Below are positions 51,081 through 60,993 of a stretch of 64,000 nt of DNA, piece by piece. The notes below the pieces were generated by a model, which searched no databases, was not told the DNA's origin, and saw only the letters and a program-made list of their open reading frames with translations. Numbering within the stretch: the stretch's first letter is position 1; each line of letters starts with the position of its first letter. Origin of the DNA: Patescibacteria group bacterium (lineage in GTDB: Bacteria; Patescibacteriota; WWE3; UBA101185; 2-01-FULL-41-18); assembly GCA_038064575.1 (NCBI GenBank), contig JBBTST010000008.1, positions 2,458 to 66,457 of the forward strand, in the 5' to 3' direction. The translations under genes and the position numbers were made by a program.

Positions 51081-52601
51081 TTACCCTCCTAAACGGTCCT
51101 GAACCTCTCTCTCAAGCGCCTCCTGTTCACTTAGACGCTTGGCTTCCAGTTCAATACGCGCCTTGGGATCAAGAACACGCCCAAGAGTATTGAGCGCCCT
51201 AACCGCCAGGACATGCTGGTTGATACCAGGTTGAACCCATGTGTAGTACCTGGTAGGCGGATCTGGATCGAGCACAGGAAGGTGTTCTCCAGGTTCATAC
51301 AATCCTTCCGAGCCTAGAGCCCCAGCCGCGTAGGTACGCGCGAGAGTTATCCAGTTTTTCCGCCAATATTCCAAGGCCTTTTGAGCGGTGGAGTTCATAG
51401 CCGAAGCAATGATCCAAAGCTCATATCGAGCGAGCCCGACAAAGTCGCTGAGTCTCAGCTCCTCAACCGTTCGGACCCCAGCCTTCTTAAGAAGTTTACC
51501 CACAAAGGGCGAGCCCTTGAGGGTCAGGGTAAACTGTTCTGGCTTCCTGAATCTCCGCGGCCGCCCCCCTGTTATCACAACCTCGTTGTGAGTAACAAAG
51601 AGCAAACTGGGAAGCAATGCCTGAATGTGCTTGAGAGTAAGCAGGTGATGGTTGTGAACCTCCACCGGACAAAAGTTATCCGTATCAGGATTCCCAAACT
51701 TAAGCCAGCCGGCCTCAAAATACTTCAGGATTATATTCCTCGCCGACTCCGCAGTGACCTCTCCAACCTGGGCAAGAATGCTGGCCATCCACCTATCCAA
51801 CAAATCACTCCGGAAATTCACCCCAAGCATCCACATGTTGGGTGCAGTGTTGTGGATCTGGGCAAGGCGTTCTACATTGCTAAACAGCTCAGCAAGCCTG
51901 ACCGCCATGTCCGCAAGATCCGACCATGCGTTCCCCATCTTAGGGTGCCAATCGGTTTGCATGCCAGTGAACACGATCATCCGAGGAACGAGTTTTAACA
52001 TGCGTTCCACCCGTGTTACCACATGCTCTGCTACGACACCCCGAACCTGAATTGAGGGCACGTGAGTCAAGAGCCCGACCGGAACTACGGTGTAACCCGC
52101 CTCCGTAAGCACCGGACCAACCAATGGCAATGCCGCACCACCAGTCCCGCCCGTCAAACCACAGGCGAGGACCACCAGATCTGCACCTTCTTTGTGAAGC
52201 TCTCGCACCAGTTCTTCCCTACCTCCAAGAGCCAGGAAAGCCCCGATTTTGAGCACTCCGTGATGCAGATGTTGCCCGGCCCCAGTATTTTCAACAGGGG
52301 AAGTCAAATCCACACCCCATTCGTCAGGTGCAATTTGTTGAACGAGTTTCTCCACACGCCTGTAGTGAACAGTAACCCTTTGATTTCCCAGAATTGCTTC
52401 TTCAAGCTTGCGGAAAGTCAACCCTCCTTTTCCAAGCCTTGCTCGGAGGTAGGCATCAAGGTCCCAAACATGTTCGGGATATACGCCATCTCCATTGCGC
52501 TTTAGAAGAGGGATTGTACTGTCAATTTGCCACACACGCCCATCAGGCGGTGTGCCATTCATGGCCTCGCCAAACCTGATAAGCACAGTCTTCATTGGCA
52601 T
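51081..52601 (-). CDS. Hypothetical protein with tubulin/FtsZ-like GTPase motif pattern (highly divergent)
   Basis: 'ADLVVLACGLTGGTGGAALPLVGPV' (T4/tubulin-signature-like) at residues ~140-163. 'IRFGEAMNG' is at a T1-like position, 'GVNFRSDLLD' at a T7-like position. 506 aa in a GC-rich block. Confidence 0.4.
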   Translation of the reverse strand: MPMKTVLIRFGEAMNGTPPDGRVWQIDSTIPLLKRNGDGVYPEHVWDLDAYLRARLGKGGLTFRKLEEAILGNQRVTVHYRRVEKLVQQIAPDEWGVDLTSPVENTGAGQHLHHGVLKIGAFLALGGREELVRELHKEGADLVVLACGLTGGTGGAALPLVGPVLTEAGYTVVPVGLLTHVPSIQVRGVVAEHVVTRVERMLKLVPRMIVFTGMQTDWHPKMGNAWSDLADMAVRLAELFSNVERLAQIHNTAPNMWMLGVNFRSDLLDRWMASILAQVGEVTAESARNIILKYFEAGWLKFGNPDTDNFCPVEVHNHHLLTLKHIQALLPSLLFVTHNEVVITGGRPRRFRKPEQFTLTLKGSPFVGKLLKKAGVRTVEELRLSDFVGLARYELWIIASAMNSTAQKALEYWRKNWITLARTYAAGALGSEGLYEPGEHLPVLDPDPPTRYYTWVQPGINQHVLAVRALNTLGRVLDPKARIELEAKRLSEQEALEREVQDRLGG

Positions 52602-54533
52602 TTCAGCCTCCTAATAGTAAGCATCAATGATTTTCAATCAACATACCTTGATTGCCTAGTCTTGTAGCCATTCACCTTCAGCAACAAGCCGAAAGTTACT
52701 TCCCTACAAGTAGTCGACCCGAGGTTTGTCACTCGAGGCAATAATGATAAGCATTTTTGCTTAACATTCGTGGAAACCCCACTTAGTCGTTTAATTCGCG
52801 ACAACTACGTCTGATTTCGGACTCAACAAAATCGAGGCCAACCTACGTCAGAACACATTGTCGTTTAAAAGGGTCAGTGGTCTGATAGAGTCTTTATCAG
52901 AATATCTACCAGACCAGTTACCAGACTCCCGGCATACTCGAGGCCCCTAAATTTTCAAGAACGCCTTGGCAAGCGCCTTATTAACTCAGGACGAGATAGC
53001 TTGAGGAAATCCGGTTTTAAGAAGGTTTCTTACCAGACACAAAGTGGCAGGAAACCCACATCAAGCACAAATTAATAGACTTTATGCTCAAAGTGGGTTC
53101 CCCGCCAGTGACTATATGTTTTTTTACAGTTTTAAGTGTGTTCATACATACACAAAGGCCTACAAAGGACTCCACTCCACTCGAAAGCTTCATAGAGATA
53201 TATACCCTTATAAGCACCTTGTTCTCTGTATTTATTCAATTTTCAAAGTGCCCTATCTCAAACAAACCCACATCAACCCCAAACTCTCCGTTTAGGATTT
53301 TGGGTTATTTAAAACAGGCTGGAAAAAGCAAGAACCTTCCACATGCCTTATATCAACTAAGGCTGAATCACCCATCAACCATCGCTTAATTTACGGCGAG
53401 AGGCAACAATTTGGCTTTTTCAAGTCAATCTTAAATAGCTGCAGGTCTAACAAACCTCAAAGTCCTGTTCCCTTTCTTATTAACTTTCACCGGCAAAAAA
53501 TCAAATACAAACCGGTACAAAAAAAGAGTTCCTGATCCTTTTTACGGGGAGAACCCTTTAAAACTTCTTGAATATTAAATTTAGATCACCTCCCCTCAAT
53601 CTCAAGGCGGAGTGTAGCAAAATAAAATGAATTTGTCAACCTATAGTTAGGCTTAATAAAGCCTAAAAGTGGTAACTTATACACTGACTATAATAAATTG
53701 AAAGAATAGAATCTTTTGAATTTACAGCCTTCTATGGAGTTGTTGGCCTGCCCTCCCAACAACTCCGTAGAAAGCCGCAAGGACTTTCCAGAGGCACTCA
53801 GACCTCAAAATTATTGACTTAAGAAGCGCAATGTAATACGCTGACTTCAGTCATTTAGCACATTGCCTGTCCTAATGTGCGGACTAATCTAACGCTCTGC
53901 TAAACGCGCGTAGTCGCCCCAAGCGGAGCGTTTTAAATTTAGCGAATCCTTATTATAGCACTCCGCAACCTTCAATCTCAAAACCAACCTAAAATAAAAA
54001 TTCCCAAATTTTACCACGCGGGATTAGAAAACAATGTGATTGTATCAACAAAAACTTACACAGTCAACCCATAGTTACTAAAAGCATTGAATATTACTAG
54101 ACCTATAATCTCAGGGCTGCTTATTTTGTTTTAAGTACAGCAATAAATATAATTTAAACCGGTTGTGGATAACTAAAGAATAAGAGAGCCTAAGCTTTTT
54201 TCTATACTTAGACTCTCTGCACTACTCTACCTCGATTGTAGTTGTGTGGGACTTAACTAAGGAAGGAGAAACAAACCTAATTCTACAAAGTTTGTATCTT
54301 TCTCTTATGCTTTTACTAGGCCATAACTTGCAGGCTCGTGCCACAAGAAATTTTGCCACCATAGCAACTTTTGAAATCTTGGTAGCTCCACATTGGGGAC
54401 ATTTTGCACAAAAACTCACTCTGGGCTTCTTGTAGCTCATGCTCTACTCCTTCATATATATAGTTTTTGGGGAATGAGCAATTAATAACAACAAATTAAA
54501 CTTCAAGCAAGAAGTAAAACCTAAAGCAGCCCG

Positions 54534-55982
54534 TTATTCTGAAGTTTCTACACTGTAACCAAACTCTTTTAAAAGAGTCTTAAATTTTTCTGTATCTTTA
54601 ACGGCAGTTCCCAGCCGTACTTGCCTTGCCTGCTCATAAGCCTCTTCTGAACCTTCAAAACTGTCTTTACTCAACCCAAACACATCCTCTAAGGCAAGAT
54701 ACCTTTCTCTGGACAAAGTCTCGTTGGAGTCAAAATTTCCAAAAAGCCCTTTTATTTTTTCCTTTGCCCTTTTTGCCTGAGTAAGTTGAATGCTCTCTTC
54801 ATGAGAAATGAGTCCCAAAGCTTCTCTTTGCAAAAGATCCTTGGGATTAAGAAATTTATTTCCGTCCAACAACTCATCAAATTGCCTGTGCTGACTTCTT
54901 ACAAATAAATCGGCATTTTTTCTCCAATTTAAAAGAGTGGTTGCAATCTTTACTCTATCCTCAAGCACTTTGTCAGCTTCCTGCGTACTTTCCGGTAAGT
55001 CGTTCAAAATACTACCCTCTCCAAGTGTGTCAGACACACCTTTTAACCTTTCTCTTAACTCACTATTGCTTGAAGTGATATAAGTTTCATAACTTCCCCT
55101 ACCTGCCGCTCCTCTTAGATCATTTTGCGCAAGGAGCAAATCAAAAACAGACGAACCATCAGTAAGATACGGTTGGGAGACCTCAAAATGTTTACGCCCA
55201 TCCTCCTCTACCCTAAGCACCATTGAAGGGAGTGTTACTGCAACTGATTCAATAATTTCCTCAATAGAAACGTCATCAAAAAGCTTTTTTCCATCTTCAT
55301 CTATATATGTTTGAAGTTCATGCCAAGCAACAACGGCACTATACATCTCATTACCCATAATTTCCCCAAGCTCCTCATCCTCAAGTAGTGTGCGGGTTTT
55401 CACGTCTATGTCATTAAGCAGTACGGGCATATCATCTCCGGGATTCCCCACCGGTTTAAGACGACTCTGAGCCAACAAAGCCTGCAATCTGGCATTTCCG
55501 GTGATATCTTTCACCCACACACCTCTCAACTTCACACGCTCTGCATCTATACCCCTGTCAAAAACAACATCTTGCATCATCACATCGTGAGCTGCTGCAA
55601 CACATGAAGAAAGAGGCCCAAACTTTTCAAGTTTTGAGTCTTTGTCAAAAAGAGTTGGACAGTCCTTCTTAAGAACATCAAGACATTCCTCCATCCCACT
55701 CATAACATCAAAGGTGTGTATCAGACCGTGATATTCTTTGGGTTCTAAAGCCCTTTTGCCCTCAAAAGATTCACCATTTTTATAACCATAGCTCTCTGAA
55801 ATAAACCTGAGAAAACGCGTTTTAAAATCTTCCACGGCTTCCTCCCTGTTCTTAAATTTAGGAGTTTCCACTTTCATGCCTTCCGCTTTTGGAGGCGCTG
55901 CTTCTTTTTTCTCCGCCACAGTAGCCTCTACAGGAAGTCCTGCTATTTCCTCTGCGGGGGTTGAATCTAATGCCATCACCAT
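54534..55982 (-). CDS. HD-domain protein (putative metal-dependent phosphohydrolase) with long C-terminal helical region
   Basis: 'EYHGLIHTFDV' (His) and 'VAAAHDVMMQDVVFD' (HD) motifs. Confidence 0.45.
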   Translation of the reverse strand: MVMALDSTPAEEIAGLPVEATVAEKKEAAPPKAEGMKVETPKFKNREEAVEDFKTRFLRFISESYGYKNGESFEGKRALEPKEYHGLIHTFDVMSGMEECLDVLKKDCPTLFDKDSKLEKFGPLSSCVAAAHDVMMQDVVFDRGIDAERVKLRGVWVKDITGNARLQALLAQSRLKPVGNPGDDMPVLLNDIDVKTRTLLEDEELGEIMGNEMYSAVVAWHELQTYIDEDGKKLFDDVSIEEIIESVAVTLPSMVLRVEEDGRKHFEVSQPYLTDGSSVFDLLLAQNDLRGAAGRGSYETYITSSNSELRERLKGVSDTLGEGSILNDLPESTQEADKVLEDRVKIATTLLNWRKNADLFVRSQHRQFDELLDGNKFLNPKDLLQREALGLISHEESIQLTQAKRAKEKIKGLFGNFDSNETLSRERYLALEDVFGLSKDSFEGSEEAYEQARQVRLGTAVKDTEKFKTLLKEFGYSVETSE

Positions 55983-55985
55983 ACT

Positions 55986-56222
55986 TTAGTATGTATACTC
56001 GCTTGTTACATCCTTTCCATCAGACAAACTTACTATTTTAGTTATATTATGAACTCGAGACATAAACAACATCATAAAATGATCTTCGCACAAGAAAGCT
56101 TCATTTCCAAAAGAATCGGTGACCAAATACTTTGCGTTTTTTTCACAAAACTCATGATGACCAAAGATCCATTGACAGGTAGTTCCTATAGCACTCAGGG
56201 GCATACACTCATGATACAACAA
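55986..56222 (-). CDS. Small Cys/His-rich protein
   Basis: 78 aa with 'CQWIFGHHEFCEKN...CEDH'. Putative metal-binding. Confidence 0.3.
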   Translation of the reverse strand: MLYHECMPLSAIGTTCQWIFGHHEFCEKNAKYLVTDSFGNEAFLCEDHFMMLFMSRVHNITKIVSLSDGKDVTSEYTY

Positions 56223-56284
56223 AAATTGACTAATGCGACTAAAATTTTAGAAAGTTTTACACTACTGCACCGTTTGCACACCTT

Positions 56285-57256
56285 TTAGACGCCCGGTCTT
56301 CTGGTAAAGATCATTTTTCCGGCCTGAGTTTGAATGACCCTTGAAACAGAGACACTTACATCTGCCCCTACAAGCTCGGAACCCTTTTCTATAACTATCA
56401 TTGTCCCATCCGCAAGATAACCAACACCCTGAGTTGCATCTTTGCCCACATGAATAATTTTTATGTTCATTGTGTCTCCGGGAATCACCACGGTCTTAAC
56501 TGAGTTTGCAAGCTCATTCACATTTAAGACTTTGATTCCGGAAACTGATGCTACTTTATTTAAATTAAAATCCACTGTTGCAATAGAACAGTTGTAAGCT
56601 TTTGCAATTTTAATCAAAGCTCTATCCACGCCTTCATTTCCTTTATCTAAATTCTCCTCTTTCTCCTTTATCACTACGGTTGTAGCTTTTTTTAAGTCTT
56701 TAAGCATATCAAGCCCTCTTCTGCCTCTTTGTCTTTTTAGGTTGTCGTCAGAATCCGCTATTAGCTGAAGCTCTTCAATAACCACTCTTGGTACAACAAG
56801 TGTGTTATCCAAAAAACCCGTTTTAACAACGTCCAGTAATCTACCATCTATTATTGCAGATGTGTCCAAAACCACACTTTTAGCTGGTATCAAAGCCTTA
56901 TTTGACTCAAAAGATTCTTTTTGAGCTTCTTTGAGGCGCTCCTTCTCCAAAATTTCCTCCTCTTTCTTCTTTTTGGCTTCCAATGCCCTTTTTTCCTGTC
57001 TGTCCCAAAACTCAGACACAGCCTTTAAAGCAGTGTCTCTAATTATAAATTCAACCCAGGAAGCTGTTGTTGCAGCCAGTACTGGCAATACAATTACTCC
57101 AAAAGCTCCAAAAGCAAAAGCAAACAAAGTTTGACCAAAAAAAGGAATGTTAAACAAAGGATTGACTGAGAAATACAAATTGTGACTTAAGACAAAAGCT
57201 AAAATTGTGAGGAAGACGCCAATAACAAACTTGATGACATTTTTTGATAATTCCAT
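56285..57256 (-). CDS. yacL: Membrane-anchored PIN + TRAM domain protein (YacL-like)
   Basis: N-terminal TM helices. PIN 'VVLDTSAIIDGRLLDVV...VVPRVVIEELQ'. C-terminal TRAM 'GDTMNIKIIHVGKDATQGVGYLADGTMIVI'. It lies downstream of radA as in Firmicutes. Confidence 0.7.
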   Translation of the reverse strand: MELSKNVIKFVIGVFLTILAFVLSHNLYFSVNPLFNIPFFGQTLFAFAFGAFGVIVLPVLAATTASWVEFIIRDTALKAVSEFWDRQEKRALEAKKKKEEEILEKERLKEAQKESFESNKALIPAKSVVLDTSAIIDGRLLDVVKTGFLDNTLVVPRVVIEELQLIADSDDNLKRQRGRRGLDMLKDLKKATTVVIKEKEENLDKGNEGVDRALIKIAKAYNCSIATVDFNLNKVASVSGIKVLNVNELANSVKTVVIPGDTMNIKIIHVGKDATQGVGYLADGTMIVIEKGSELVGADVSVSVSRVIQTQAGKMIFTRRPGV

Positions 57257-57307
57257 AAAATAAATCCTCCAGTACGCATAAGTATTAATAAAACCAATGT
57301 ATACATA

Positions 57308-58639
57308 TTATTCTTTGGAGAAAGCCAGATCAAGTGCATTTTTTACAGATCTTACTTCAAGGGGAGAAATGATTTTGCTAAAGCCCAGTTTTTTTGCTTC
57401 TTTTACTCTGGCTTCCATGAAAGGCACTTTTCTTACTTCTCCGGAAAGACCTACCTCCCCAAACGCTGCTATTTTTGGGTTTATAACTTTCCCGGTGACA
57501 GATGAATAAATGGCAAGGCAAACTGCTAAATCACAAGAGTACTCATTTACTTTTATACCACCCGCTACGTTTACATATACATCCTGATCCGACAACTGCA
57601 GGTTGCACCTTTTTTCCAATACCGCAACAAGAACTGAAAGCCTGTTTGCATTAAATCCGCTTGAGGTTCTTTTAGGATAGCCAAAGTTTGAACGGGAAGT
57701 TAGAGCCTGAACCTCAAACAGAATTGGTCTGTAACCCTCCATAATTACCGTTACACAGGATCCGGGAGCAGACTTTAGTCTTTCTTCAAGAAAGATGTCC
57801 GACGGATTTAGAACCTCTTTTAGCCCCCCTTCAGCCATCTCAAAAATGCCAACTTCACTTACCGGACCGAATCTGTTTTTTGAAGTCCTTAAGAATCTAA
57901 AAAAATGATCGTTATCACCGTCAATATATAAAAGTGTATCAACCATGTGTTCCAGTACTTTTGGCCCCGCAATTGTGCCGTCTTTTGTTATATGTCCAAC
58001 CAGAACCAGCGGCACTCCCACAGCTTTTACATAACTGATCAATCTTTGTGCGCACTCTCTAACTTGCCCTACAGAACCACTCCCACCGGTAAGATCTAAG
58101 GTAGTTAGAGTTTGAATAGAATCTACAATAATTAAAGCTATAGTTTTTTTGGAAAGCGTGTTCAGCGTTAAAAGTATTTTATCTACATCTGTTTCATTAA
58201 CTAACTGTATATTTTGCCCGCTTATTCCAAGCCTCAATGCTCTTAGCCTCACCTGCTCAGGGCTCTCTTCCCCACAAACATAAATTACGCTGTTTTCAAA
58301 GAGAGATGCCACTTGGAGTAAAACTGTACTCTTACCAATTCCCGGCTCCCCTGAAAGTAAAACTACCTGACCTTGTACAAACCCCCCACCCAAAACCCTA
58401 TCAAACTCAGCCAGTTTGGTGGATGTTCTTGCTGTTTCCTTACTTTTAATGGCGTTTAAGGCAATCACTGAAGCGGGAGTATTAAAGTTTTTACCCAGTT
58501 TTGAATTATTAGAGGAAGTTACACGGGACAGCGTTTCAACAAAACTGTTCCATTTAAGGCATTCTGGACATTGACCAAGCCATTTTGGAGATTCAAACGA
58601 ACAATTCTCACAAATGTAGATTGCTTTTTCCTTTGACAT
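57308..58639 (-). CDS. radA: DNA repair protein RadA/Sms
   Basis: Zn finger 'CENCSFESPKWLGQCPEC'. Walker A 'GEPGIGKSTVLLQ', KNRFG motif 'SKNRFGP', Lon-like C-terminus. Confidence 0.9.
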   Translation of the reverse strand: MSKEKAIYICENCSFESPKWLGQCPECLKWNSFVETLSRVTSSNNSKLGKNFNTPASVIALNAIKSKETARTSTKLAEFDRVLGGGFVQGQVVLLSGEPGIGKSTVLLQVASLFENSVIYVCGEESPEQVRLRALRLGISGQNIQLVNETDVDKILLTLNTLSKKTIALIIVDSIQTLTTLDLTGGSGSVGQVRECAQRLISYVKAVGVPLVLVGHITKDGTIAGPKVLEHMVDTLLYIDGDNDHFFRFLRTSKNRFGPVSEVGIFEMAEGGLKEVLNPSDIFLEERLKSAPGSCVTVIMEGYRPILFEVQALTSRSNFGYPKRTSSGFNANRLSVLVAVLEKRCNLQLSDQDVYVNVAGGIKVNEYSCDLAVCLAIYSSVTGKVINPKIAAFGEVGLSGEVRKVPFMEARVKEAKKLGFSKIISPLEVRSVKNALDLAFSKE

Positions 58640-58651
58640 AAAGGGATAATT

Positions 58652-60988
58652 CTACAATAACACTGTTACATCAAGCGCTTTGGTTTTTTTCTTCAATGAC
58701 ACCTTCAGTTTGTAATTTGAGGACACACCTGACTCAACTAAAGCTTTGGCTATGGCATCAACCAAGAGTTTATTAAAGGTTCTTCTTAAGGACCTTGCTC
58801 CATATTCATCAGAAAAACCCTCTTTAATCAAAAGGTCCTTAACAGTTTTGTTAACTGATAGGTGCATGTTAGTTTCCTTCAAATGTTTTATAAATTCTTT
58901 AAGATATATATCCAGTATGCTTGCTACATGAACTTTATCAAGCTTATTGAACACAATTATTTCATCAAACCTGTTCAGAAGCTCAGGCTTTAAGATTTTT
59001 TTTAAATTATCAAGAAGTCTTTCTTTAATTGGATCTGAAATATCTTTTTTTTCAGGCTCATTTTTGAGTACAAAACCCATAGCATTCTTTTTTATAAGCT
59101 CTGAACCTAAGTTACTTGTAAGAATTACTACAGAGTTTGTAAAATCAAAGGCTTTTCCTCTAGCATCAACCAACGCCCCATCGTCAAGGATTTGAAGCAG
59201 AATATTTAAAACGTCACTATGCGCTTTTTCAATCTCATCAAAAAGCACAACAGAAAAGGGGCTTTTGGAAATCTTCTCAGTCAGTTCCCCTCCTTCAGCA
59301 AAACCTACATAACCGGGAGGTGCTCCTACAAGTCTTGATACCGTGTGCTTTTCTGAGAAATCGCTCATGTCAAGCTTTATTAGGCTGTCTGCACCAAAAA
59401 GTTCCTCACTTACAATCTTAGCTAGTTCTGTCTTACCAACTCCGGTTGGACCCAGAAATAAAAAGGAGCCAATTGGTCTTTTCTTGTTTGACAGACCAAG
59501 CCTACCCCTCAGAAGCGCAGAAGCCAAAGTATCAATTGCCTCTTCCTGCCCAATCAGCCTTTTTGCAAGCAAGCCCTTTATATTTGCATACACAAAAGCT
59601 TCTTTGTCAGAAAGTTTACCCAAAGGTATGCCTGTTTCTTTTGAAACTACTCTGTACAAGTATTCTTCAGTCAGGACAGGAATCCCCTTAGAGACTTTAT
59701 AATCTCCAAATTTTTGATCAATTTTTACCAGTCTTTTTTGAATTTTTGAAGCTGCCTCAAGGTTTCTCACTGATATAAATTTTGCCAAAGAGGCGTGTAG
59801 AGCCATTTTCTGCTTTTTAAGCTCAGATAGTTTGAGGGGGATTTTAGTTTTTTCTTTACTGAGTATGGAACATGCCTTATCCATAAGATCAATGCCTTTA
59901 AGCGGAAATTTTTTATCTCTTACGTATTTTTCACAGAGGTTATAGGCAGTAGCTGTTAACTCAGCAGGAATTTTAACAGCATGAAACTTCTCAAGCTCTT
60001 TTGCCTTTAAATCTAGAATTTCCTCAATGATAGTTTTGTCAGGTTCTTTTAGTTTAAGCGGCGTGAAATTAGACAACACATCTTCATCTTCACTTAAATA
60101 CTTCTGGAAGTGGGAGCTGGTTGTTGAAGCAACAATTTGTACACCGGAAAATAATAAAAGGTTTTTGAAAAGGTTAGAGATGAGGGTCGGCGCAAAAAGT
60201 GTGCCTTGAGGCGCAAATAACCCGTGAATTGAAGGTATATATAAAAGCGCATCAGGAACTGTCATCAACTCATCATGCAGAGCTGTAAAGCCTGCCTCAA
60301 CCCCCTCTCTTGAGATAACGGATGATAAAAAGGCGTCAAAGTCAAATTCAATTATTTGTATGTTAGAAATAAGAGCGCTTGTTTCAAAATTACATATCTT
60401 ATTAACAAGCAGTCTAACCAGAGAGGATTTACCAACGCCAGTCTCACCAACAATCAGCGCGTTAGCCTTGGCTTTTTGAAGAAGTATGGCTTCCAGATTT
60501 TCAACCTCCACTCTATCAATAAGCTTTTGGGAATTACCGCTTTCAAAGATTGCGCTCAAGTTTGTGCCAAAAGCGTCCAATAAAGGCGTCCTCTTGGGAG
60601 ACTTAACAGTTTTTTTAGAGATTTGGGGATAAGTTCCCGTAGTTAAAACTTTCTTTTGAACCTTTGAGTAATCCTTAGATCCAATGCTTTTAAGAAGGGC
60701 TAACAGAAGATGTTCTGTGCCAACGTACTGATGTTTCATCTCAAAAGCTTCCAGGGCCGACTGCTCAATCACCTCATAAAAATTTATTTTGGAAATGTTT
60801 ACTTTTAAAGCAGCGTAAACTCCAGGTTCCCAGTCTGAAGCAAGCAAGGAACCAAAACCGGACTCATCAACAATAGCTTGAAAAAGCGTGGTAGCAAAGA
60901 TTTTATCTTTGTTTTTGGTAAATTCAACCGTTTTACTTACTTTAGAAAGAATGTTTTTTGCTCTGTTAGTAAATTTATCAAGAACCAT
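58652..60988 (-). CDS. clpC: Clp/Hsp100-family AAA+ chaperone (ClpC-like, two AAA modules)
   Basis: D1 Walker A 'GETGVGKSS'. D2 'GPTGVGKTELAK', 'GARSLRR' sensor. Clp_N-like N-terminus. Confidence 0.8.
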   Translation of the reverse strand: MVLDKFTNRAKNILSKVSKTVEFTKNKDKIFATTLFQAIVDESGFGSLLASDWEPGVYAALKVNISKINFYEVIEQSALEAFEMKHQYVGTEHLLLALLKSIGSKDYSKVQKKVLTTGTYPQISKKTVKSPKRTPLLDAFGTNLSAIFESGNSQKLIDRVEVENLEAILLQKAKANALIVGETGVGKSSLVRLLVNKICNFETSALISNIQIIEFDFDAFLSSVISREGVEAGFTALHDELMTVPDALLYIPSIHGLFAPQGTLFAPTLISNLFKNLLLFSGVQIVASTTSSHFQKYLSEDEDVLSNFTPLKLKEPDKTIIEEILDLKAKELEKFHAVKIPAELTATAYNLCEKYVRDKKFPLKGIDLMDKACSILSKEKTKIPLKLSELKKQKMALHASLAKFISVRNLEAASKIQKRLVKIDQKFGDYKVSKGIPVLTEEYLYRVVSKETGIPLGKLSDKEAFVYANIKGLLAKRLIGQEEAIDTLASALLRGRLGLSNKKRPIGSFLFLGPTGVGKTELAKIVSEELFGADSLIKLDMSDFSEKHTVSRLVGAPPGYVGFAEGGELTEKISKSPFSVVLFDEIEKAHSDVLNILLQILDDGALVDARGKAFDFTNSVVILTSNLGSELIKKNAMGFVLKNEPEKKDISDPIKERLLDNLKKILKPELLNRFDEIIVFNKLDKVHVASILDIYLKEFIKHLKETNMHLSVNKTVKDLLIKEGFSDEYGARSLRRTFNKLLVDAIAKALVESGVSSNYKLKVSLKKKTKALDVTVLL

Positions 60989-60993
60989 CAGAT

